DNA from: Oligoflexia bacterium
GTDB lineage: Bacteria; Bdellovibrionota; UBA1018
Reading direction: 5' to 3'
Length of the DNA stretch: 64,000 bases
Assembly (NCBI GenBank): GCA_963758495.1
Contig: CAVWVI010000004.1
Location: 928,001 to 992,000, forward strand
Numbering within the stretch: the first letter of the stretch is position 1; every line of letters starts with the position of its first letter. Under the pieces are notes generated by a model. That model did not search any database. It worked only from the letters and a program-made list of their open reading frames with translations, and was not told where the DNA came from. This document shows, in pieces, positions 1 through 7,356 of the stretch. Made by a program: the position numbers and the translations under genes.

Positions 1-427
1 GACCTCCTATCACCATGAAGCCTCCAGGCTTAATTGCATTCGTCTGTGGATCAACAGGAGGATGACTGACTACAATTCCTGCAATTACAGCTAAAAATCC
101 GCCACTCCCCACGTAAGCAATCGTCTTAGTCTTTACACGGTTTTCTTGATAAGCGTCAAGTTCAGCAACTGCACTGGGAACATCCATGACAATAGATCTC
201 AGTCTTTCGGCATCGGTACCGGCATTCGAATCACATTCGTACTTCTTGCCTCGAAATAAAAAGTACCTCTCACAATGCGGAATGGTTTTAGGAACCTTTT
301 GAATCAATGGAATAGGAACACTGGGTTTTTTTGGAATTTCGGCTTCTTCAGCCTCATAAGGCCCACCCGCTGCAAAACAGGAGCTAGAATACAATGCAAC
401 AATAAGGATAACCTGACGAAGATTCAT
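1..427 (-). CDS. Hypothetical exported/membrane protein, runs off the window edge (absent from ORF track)
   Basis: Manual translation MNLRQVILIVALYSSSCFAAGGPYEAEE...KTIAYVGSGGFLAVIAGIVV... is open to position 1, with a signal-peptide-like N-terminus and hydrophobic segments. Confidence 0.7.
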   Translation of the reverse strand, partial: MNLRQVILIVALYSSSCFAAGGPYEAEEAEIPKKPSVPIPLIQKVPKTIPHCERYFLFRGKKYECDSNAGTDAERLRSIVMDVPSAVAELDAYQENRVKTKTIAYVGSGGFLAVIAGIVVSHPPVDPQTNAIKPGGFMVIGG

Positions 428-2159
428 TCTCCTCATTTATCGCTCGAAAAGTCGCTTCGAGCAATCCATTATAACAGCTCAATCTTGTTTCTTCTTCGCA
501 GGGGCTTTTCGGGAAGATTCTGAGTGAAGTGGACGGGAAGGACATGCAGGGAGCTGGTCCACTAGCTCTGTCAGGCTCGCCGATTTCTCTAAAAGCCTCT
601 GGGCCATCTCTTCAAGTTCTTGGTAACCATAAATCCTCCTGCGCCGCCTCACGAGAGTATTGGATCCATTCCCCAGACGTACTTCATCGGAGGAAGGTTC
701 CTTGTATTTCATTTGAGCTTCTATTTTGTCTGCTTGAGCCTCAAAAGCACATACTTTCTTTTCAAAGTCCGGCCCGATTTCTCCATACAGTAATTGTTCA
801 GCACCCCTTCGAATTTGCTCATTCTGGTGTGTCAATAAAGGCTTCAAACTTTCTCTCATTTTAGCTTTTAACTGCGCCTCAAGTGCGACAGCTTCAGTCA
901 AACGTGCCGTACTCTTTGCAGCCTGATCTTCAAGATTTTTCAACTTTCTTTCTTGTTCCTTTGGATCTTGAATTAAAGCGATCGTCTCTACTTTATTGTG
1001 AATGAAAGGATCGGGGTGATCCATTAAAGCAAGAATTCTACTTTCCTTTTCAGATTGACTCCCGATGGCTACATTTTTGTATTTACCTTTTTGTACATGA
1101 GCGAGGAATGAATCTACTTCCAGGTTCCATAATTCTCTTCGCAACCAAGAGTTCCTTTCCTTTTTAGCTCCCATCAATACCTTAGCTCGGTTGCGCACTT
1201 CTGGATCGGTATCCTGCGCCAAGTGTGAGAGCTGAGATATAAGTTTCAAAATCTCCTCTGTAGATGACTCCGCCAAATCGAGTGCGGTTTTACCATCTTT
1301 CATTTTAGCATTAATGTCCGCTCCCTGAATCATTAAATATTCAACAACCTCTGGGTGGCCTTGATGAGCCGCAAGTATAAGAGCGGTAACTCCATCCTCG
1401 CGAGCATGATTTACGTCGGCTCCCTTTTCTATCAGGTACTTTGCTATTTCTAGCGTGGCCTTCTTGTGCCGCCAATAGAAGGGCGGTAGCTCCATCCTTA
1501 TCTGCATGATTTACGTCGGCTCCCTTTTCTATCAGGTACTTTGCTATTTCTGCGTGGCCTTCTATGTGCCGCAAATAGAAGGGCGGTAACTCCATCCTTC
1601 TCACGAGCATGATTTACGTCGGCTCCCTTTTCTATCAGGTACTTTGCTATTTCTAGCGTGGCCTTTTATGCCGCAAAAATAAGGGCGGTAGTTCCATCCT
1701 TCTTAGTACTTCCATCTTTCTTAGCATGATTTACGTCGGCTCCCTTTTCTATCAGGTACTTTACTATTTCTAGGTGGCCTTTTCTTGTCGCAATAAAGGG
1801 CGGTAGTTCCATCCTTATCTGCATGATTTACGTCCGATCCCTCTTTAACAAGGGCCATTACTTGAGATAGATCGCCATCACCCGCCGCTGAAATAAGATC
1901 AGTGTCTGCAAAAGAAACCTGAGGCACAAGCATGAGTGAAATAAGAAGCATCAAAACCGCTCTTGTGCTCTCATTTTTAATCATTCTCTTAGCACGCTTT
2001 ACATTGGAAGTAACTTTATGAATCATGCATCACCTTTAAAAGTTATGTTTACATAATTTTATAATAATTTCCGATGACTTTACCAGAAACTTTTTATTTA
2101 TTTTAATAATATATAAATACATATCGGCATTTTTTGCCGACATCGAGAAGCACCTACTC
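417..2159. repeat. Direct repeat copy A of the ankyrin gene cassette (matches 3782..5128)
   Basis: Both copies start CGAAGATTCATTCTCC and end GAGAAGCACCTACTC; copy A has 4 extra ankyrin units. Confidence 0.9.
479..2026 (-). pseudogene. Secreted ankyrin-repeat protein copy 1 (ank1); repeat block frameshifted (true pseudogene or consensus artefact)
   Basis: ORFs 1721..2026, 1341..1610 and 479..1507 are pieces of one gene: signal peptide, N-cap, 5 internal ankyrin units, C-cap and a C-terminal domain nearly identical to that of 3844..4995. Confidence 0.85.
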
Positions 2160-2160
2160 G

Positions 2161-2346
2161 CCAACAGCTCACTCCGCTCCCCTTTAGTGGGACAAATTAT
2201 TGCTTCTGATACGGAAACCTATGTTTGACCAACGGACGATGGGAATGCTCGTGGACAAGCAATTCGACCTCTTTATGTATCGGTTCCTGTCGCATCGAAA
2301 AAAGACTTAGAGCTTTATGAGCTCTTGGCACTTGTAGATTCCTTAC
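2161..2346 (+). pseudogene. Fragment of an antitoxin-like gene of the type usually paired with AbiEii-family nucleotidyltransferases
   Basis: Translates with one frameshift and a TGG>TGA stop as PTAHSAP(P)LVGQIIASDTETYV*PTDDGNARGQAIRPLYVSVPVASKKDLELYELLALVDSL. Confidence 0.6.
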
Positions 2347-2470
2347 CTTCACAAAATACAAATCCATCGTTCACATAAGACCTCGCTTCAACTCCAGGAC
2401 CAATCTTTATTGAAGCAAATCAGAATCATTATCAATATAGACTTCGGGTTCAAAATGGGGAGTTTTTGAA
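2347..2470 (-). pseudogene. Probable DUF2283-like antitoxin relic
   Basis: Frameshifted FEPEVYIDNDSD(F)ASIKIGPGVEARSYVNDGFVFCE directly downstream of the DUF4258-like relic. Confidence 0.4.
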
Positions 2471-2477
2471 TAACTTA

Positions 2478-2737
2478 CTTTTTTTCGAAGTTGACTAGAA
2501 GTCTGATGACGACCTATCAATTGTGCTCCTTTTTTTCTAATAGTATTGCTGAAATCATATTATCTTTACGACCTACAATAGTTTTTGCCAAAATCCACTT
2601 TGGACCTTGGGGTATGACGTGGTCCGGTATGGTAATAATAGAAGTGATTTCCTCTGAAAGAATCTTCCTATCTTCGATTCGTTTTAATGCATGAGGCGAA
2701 AATACCAGTTAATTATCATCGGTAACTTATCTGCCAT
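2478..2737 (-). pseudogene. DUF4258-like (RelE-superfamily) toxin relic
   Basis: MADKLPMIINWY(F)SPHALKRIEDRKILSEEITSIITIPD...; HAxxRxxxRxI motif, one frameshift and in-frame TGA TAG. Confidence 0.55.
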
Positions 2738-2895
2738 TTAGCTTACTTTCCCTAATCCTATAATCAACTTTCAGTTATCAAGTTGAAACTAAGTTTTTAC
2801 CCCTCACTTGCCTGAAAGTAACTGAAAGATACGCCACAAGTAGGGAATGAGCGAGCATTACAACGAGTCTGAAAAATACTAAAACCGAACTTAAC

Positions 2896-3180
2896 CTATA
2901 GCGCTATTTTTTTACTCACTATGGTGAAATTATAACCAAGAATTGTAAGAATATTCAAAAGTACGTCAAACGTAATTTTTGACGTTCCTACCCCTGTTTC
3001 AACTTGGGCAATCCTACTCTGGCTGACTCCTACTTTCTTCGCAAGAACGGACTGAGAAATATTTTTCTCTTTGCGAGTTTTAACAATCAAACGGATTAGT
3101 TTTTGTTTTTCTCTAACTTCAGCAGGGCTCACACCTAATGAGAGCGCCAACTCATTTAAACTCATTTCTTTCCATGCCAT
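2896..3180 (-). CDS. XRE-family HTH antitoxin (HigA-like)
   Basis: HTH ISQSVLAKKVGVSQSRIAQVETG; directly downstream of the toxin. Confidence 0.85.
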   Translation of the reverse strand: MAWKEMSLNELALSLGVSPAEVREKQKLIRLIVKTRKEKNISQSVLAKKVGVSQSRIAQVETGVGTSKITFDVLLNILTILGYNFTIVSKKIAL

Positions 3181-3181
3181 A

Positions 3182-3514
3182 TTAAATCTCCTTAGTTCGC
3201 TTCAAAACAAGCTCGACCTCATTTTTAGGCAATTCCTGAGTTTTCTTTTTAAAAGCGTGCAACATATAAATGGCATCGCCTCTTTTTATAAAATAAAATA
3301 CTCGGATTTGACCTGTTCTATCCTTTAACCTGAGCTCATGAAGCCCTGAATGAATACTCGATAAATTTCTACTTAAAGGAAACGATAAAGAGAGCCCTGA
3401 AGCCAAAAGGTTGGCGGCGTCAAAAAAATCGGCCCTCATTTCTTTCGAACAATCATGAAGGAACTCTTCTACGGGACTTCGTCCTGACCCTTTTAAATAA
3501 AATTTAACCTTCAT
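3182..3514 (-). CDS. RelE/ParE-family (Gp49/HigB-like) type II toxin
   Basis: GRSPVEEFL...LHELR...RVFYF...LHAFKKKTQ; toxin-first gene order. Confidence 0.85.
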   Translation of the reverse strand: MKVKFYLKGSGRSPVEEFLHDCSKEMRADFFDAANLLASGLSLSFPLSRNLSSIHSGLHELRLKDRTGQIRVFYFIKRGDAIYMLHAFKKKTQELPKNEVELVLKRTKEI

Positions 3515-3520
3515 TAAATC

Positions 3521-3580
3521 AATATATAATCTATAGCTTATTATTAGGCAAGGCTAATAATAAGCTATAGATTATATATT
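3521..3580. promoter_or_regulatory. Perfect 27-bp inverted repeat (6-bp spacer), probable TA operator/promoter
   Basis: AATATATAATCTATAGCTTATTATTAG gcaagg CTAATAATAAGCTATAGATTATATATT, 6 nt upstream of the toxin ATG. Confidence 0.75.
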
Positions 3581-3781
3581 AAAATTTACATATGTAAGTC
3601 ATAGACTTTCTTAGTCAAAACTTTCAAAAGAGACGCCATTTTTAAGCGGCAACAGTTCGAATCCTTCAGAAATTTCTGTATTTTCAGACGGAGCATGAGA
3701 ATTTACAAACCTCTTTTAGGCTAGCAGCTATTTTCGAATATCAGTCCGTAGGACAATCCTACTCAAATAGCTAGCAAACCG

Positions 3782-5128
3782 CGAAGATTCATTCTCCTCA
3801 TTTATCGCTCGAAAAGTCGCTTCGAGCAATCCATTATAACAGCTCAATCTTGTTTCTTCTTTGCAGGGGCTTTTCGGGAAGATTCTGAGTGAAGTGGACG
3901 TGAAGGACATGCAGGGAGTTGATCCACTAGCTCTGTCAGGCTCGCCGATTTCTCTAAAAGCCTCTGGGCCATCTCTTCAAGTTCTTGGTAACCATAAATC
4001 CTCCTGCGCCGCCTCACGAGGGTATTGGATCCACTCCCCAGACGTACTTCATCGACGGCAAGACGTACTTCATCGGAGGAAGGTTCCTTGTATTTCATTT
4101 GAGCTTCTATTTTGTCTGCTTGAGCCTCAAAAGCACATACTTTCTTTTCAAAGTCCGGCCCAATTTTTCCATTCAGTAATTGTTCAGCGCCCCTTCGAAT
4201 TTGCTCATTCTGGTGTGTCAATAAAGGCTTCAAACTTTCTCTCATTTTAGCTTTTAACTGCGCCTCAAGTGCGACAGCTTCAGTCAAACGTGCCGTACTC
4301 TTTGCAGCCTGATCTTCAAGATTTTTCAACTTTCTTTCTTGTTCCTTTGGATCTTGAATTAAAGCGATCGTCTCTACTTTATTGTGAATGAAAGGATCGG
4401 GGTGATCCATTAAAGCAAGAATTCTACTTTCCTTTTCGGATTGACTCCCGATGGCTACATTTTTGTATTTACCTTTTTGTACATGAGCGAGGAATGAATC
4501 TACTTCCAGGTTCCATAATTCTCTTCGCAACCAAGAGTTCCTTTCCTTTTTAGCTCCCATCAATACCTTAGCTCGGTTGCGCACTTCTGGATCGGTATCC
4601 TGCGCCAAGTGTGAGAGCTGAGATATAAGTTTCAAAATCTCCTCTGTAGATGACTCCGCCCAATCGAGTGCGGTTTTACCATCTTTCATTTTAGCATTAA
4701 TGTCCGCTCCCTGAATCATTAAATATTCAACAACCTCTGGGTGGCCTTGATGAGCCGCAAGTATAAGAGCGGTAACTCCATCCTCACGAGCATGATTTAC
4801 GTCGGCTCCCTCTTTAACAAGGGCCATGACTTGAGATAGATCGCCATCACCCGCCGCTGAAATAAGATCAGTGTCTGCAAAAGAAACCTGAGACACAAGC
4901 ATGAGTGAAATGAGAAGTATCAAAACCGCTCTTGCGCTCTCATTTCTAATCCTGTTCTTAACATGCTTTACCGTGGAAACAATTACATGAATCATGCATC
5001 ACGTTTAAAAGTTATGTTTACATAATTTTATAATAATTTCCGATGACTTTACAAGAAACTTTTTATTTATTTTAATAATATATAAATACATATCGGCATC
5101 TTTTGCCGACATCGAGAAGCACCTACTC
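3782..5128. repeat. Direct repeat copy B of the ankyrin gene cassette
   Basis: Near-identical to 417..1420 plus 1821..2159. Confidence 0.9.
3844..4995 (-). CDS. Secreted ankyrin-repeat protein copy 2 (ank2) with helical C-terminal domain
   Basis: Signal peptide ...SQVSFA|DTDL, N-cap, one internal ankyrin unit (GVTALILAAHQGHPEVVEYL), C-cap and HEAT-like motifs. Confidence 0.9.
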   Translation of the reverse strand: MIHVIVSTVKHVKNRIRNESARAVLILLISLMLVSQVSFADTDLISAAGDGDLSQVMALVKEGADVNHAREDGVTALILAAHQGHPEVVEYLMIQGADINAKMKDGKTALDWAESSTEEILKLISQLSHLAQDTDPEVRNRAKVLMGAKKERNSWLRRELWNLEVDSFLAHVQKGKYKNVAIGSQSEKESRILALMDHPDPFIHNKVETIALIQDPKEQERKLKNLEDQAAKSTARLTEAVALEAQLKAKMRESLKPLLTHQNEQIRRGAEQLLNGKIGPDFEKKVCAFEAQADKIEAQMKYKEPSSDEVRLAVDEVRLGSGSNTLVRRRRRIYGYQELEEMAQRLLEKSASLTELVDQLPACPSRPLHSESSRKAPAKKKQD

Positions 5129-5226
5129 TCCATTTTCAACATCTGGATTTGTTTCGACAGGTCAGTTTGGCAAATTTTTACGAGCATATTTCGACAACAA
5201 TGGGGGAGTTCCCAACGTCTGAGGCT
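5122..5226 (-). pseudogene. Relic of the 3' end of a paralogue of the 716-aa gene (7357..9507)
   Basis: CTACTCTCCATTTTCAACATCTGGATTTGTTTCGACAGG...CCCAACG aligns with 7357..7451. Confidence 0.8.
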
Positions 5227-5429
5227 ATTGACGTCCGAGCAGCAAGCTACCGAATAGGGTAGGTCGGCATTTAAAGTCCACGACTTTCGTTAGATCAAAT
5301 GACACTTTAAGTATCTTCAAAAACAGATGAGGCAGTCAAAAATTACTGTGAGTACTAACTGAAGCTTGATCGGCCGATCGGGATGGGCCGAATTATAATA
5401 TTGAGCTACTCGAATTGACCTTCGAGGGC

Positions 5430-7211
5430 TCAATATTTGTATTTACCTTTTTGTACATTGGCGAGAAATGATTCTACTTTCCGGTTCCATAATTTCCTCT
5501 CCAACCAAGATTTTACTTTCTTTTTAGCTTCCACCAATGCCTTAGCTCGATTGCGCACTTCTGAATTGGTATCCTGTGCTAAGTGTATGAGCTGAGATAA
5601 AGGACCTGTCAAAATTTTCTTGACAGTAGATGACCTTGCCAAATCGACTGCGGTTTTACCATCTTTCCGTTTATAATTCACGTCTGCACCCTGAGTAATT
5701 AAATATTCAACAACCTCTGGATGGCCCCAGGATGCCGCCCACATGAGAGCGGTAGCTCTCTCCTTATTTGCATGATTTACATCGGCTCCCTTTTCTATCA
5801 GGTACTTTGCTATTTCTGAGTGGCCTTTTTCTGCCGCGCACATAAGTGCGGTACTTCCATCCTCTCTGCCATAATTTACATCTGCCCCATTTTCTATCAG
5901 ATACTTTGCTATTTCTAAGTATCCTTTATATGCCGACCACGTAAGGGGGGCATCTCCCTTCTTATTTGCATGATTTACGTCGGCTCCCTTTTCAACAAGG
6001 GATTTTACTTGAGATAGGTTGCCACTTTGCGCCGCTGAAATAAGACCAGTCCCTGCAAAAGAATCCTTAAATGAATGTTTCAGAATTTCCTTTGTAGATG
6101 AATGTGCTAGATCGAGTGCGGTTTTACCATCTTTCTGTTTATGTTCAACGTCGGCTCCTTTTTCTATCAGGTACTTTACTGTTTCTACGTGGCCTCCGTT
6201 TGCCGCCCACATGAGAGCAGTAGATCCCTCCACAAGAGTAGGATGATTTACGTCGGCTCCCTTTTCTATTAGGTACTTTATTATTTCTAAGCGGCCTTTA
6301 CTTGCTGCCCACGTAAGAGGGGTAGGTCCCTCCTTATTTGCATGATTTACGTCGGCTCCCTTTTCTATCAGGTACTTTATTATTTCTAAGTGGCCTTTAT
6401 CTACCGCCCACATGAGAGCAGTAGCTCCCTCCTTATTTGCATGATTTACATCTGCTCCCTTTTCTATCAGGTACTCTACTATTTCGGGGTGACCTTTATA
6501 TGCCGCCGACATAAGAGGGGTAGATCCTTCCTTATCAGCATGATTTACATCTGCTCCCTTTTCTATCAGGTACCTTGCTATTTCTAGGTGGCCTCTATAT
6601 GCCGCCCGCAAAAGAGGGGTAGATCCTTTCTGATTTACATGATTTACGTCGGCTCCCTTTTCAACCAGGGAAATTACCTGAGATAGGTTGCCACTTTGCA
6701 CTGTCGAAAGAAGATCAGTCTCTGCAAAGGAACCCTTAAATGAATGTTTCAGAATTTCCTTTGTAGATGGGTGCGCTAGATCGAGTGCGGTTTTACCATC
6801 TTTCCGTTTATAATTCACGTCTGCACCCTGAGTGATTAAATATTCAACAACCTCTGGATGGCCCCAGGCTGCCGCCCACATGAGAGCGGTAGCTCCATTC
6901 TTATTTGCATAATTTACATCTGCTCCCTTTTCTATCAGGTACTTTGCTATTTCTGGGTAGCCATTGATTGCCGCCCACGTAAGGGCGGTAGTTCCATCCT
7001 CATGGGCATGATTTACGTCGGCTCCCTTTTCAACCAGGGAAATTACCTGAGATAAATTGCCACTTTGCACCGCTGAAATAAGATCAGTCTCTGCAAAGGA
7101 AACCTGAGACATAAGCATGAGTGAAATGAGAAACACCAAAACCGCTCTTGTACTCTCATTTTTAATCCTTCTCTTAGCGCGCTTTACAGTGGAAGTAACT
7201 TTATGAATCAT
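5430..7211 (-). CDS. Secreted ankyrin-repeat protein copy 3 (ank3) with three capped ankyrin modules
   Basis: Signal peptide, then N-cap+2+C-cap, N-cap+5+C-cap and N-cap+3+C-cap modules of 33-aa units (YLIEKGADVNH). Confidence 0.95.
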   Translation of the reverse strand: MIHKVTSTVKRAKRRIKNESTRAVLVFLISLMLMSQVSFAETDLISAVQSGNLSQVISLVEKGADVNHAHEDGTTALTWAAINGYPEIAKYLIEKGADVNYANKNGATALMWAAAWGHPEVVEYLITQGADVNYKRKDGKTALDLAHPSTKEILKHSFKGSFAETDLLSTVQSGNLSQVISLVEKGADVNHVNQKGSTPLLRAAYRGHLEIARYLIEKGADVNHADKEGSTPLMSAAYKGHPEIVEYLIEKGADVNHANKEGATALMWAVDKGHLEIIKYLIEKGADVNHANKEGPTPLTWAASKGRLEIIKYLIEKGADVNHPTLVEGSTALMWAANGGHVETVKYLIEKGADVEHKQKDGKTALDLAHSSTKEILKHSFKDSFAGTGLISAAQSGNLSQVKSLVEKGADVNHANKKGDAPLTWSAYKGYLEIAKYLIENGADVNYGREDGSTALMCAAEKGHSEIAKYLIEKGADVNHANKERATALMWAASWGHPEVVEYLITQGADVNYKRKDGKTAVDLARSSTVKKILTGPLSQLIHLAQDTNSEVRNRAKALVEAKKKVKSWLERKLWNRKVESFLANVQKGKYKY

Positions 7212-7356
7212 GGATCACCCTTAAAAGTTATGTTCACATAATTTTATAATAATTTCCGATGACTTTACAGGGAATAAATTTTTATTTATTTTACAATATA
7301 TAGATAAATATAGGTATTTTTTTCCGACCTAGAGAAACACTGACCTAGAGAAACAT

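Noticed and set aside
3645..3680. GTTCGAATC T-loop-like motif as a tRNA or att site
   Set aside because: No cloverleaf, acceptor stem or match to the tRNA-Phe 3' end.
1380..7050. Regularly spaced ~36-bp conserved blocks with variable intervening sequence resembling a CRISPR array
   Set aside because: The period is about 99 bp and the units are ankyrin coding repeats; the intervening segments are homologous to each other; no cas genes are present.
479..7211. Diversity-generating retroelement driving ankyrin variation
   Set aside because: No reverse transcriptase in the window, and differences between units are not evidently adenine-specific.
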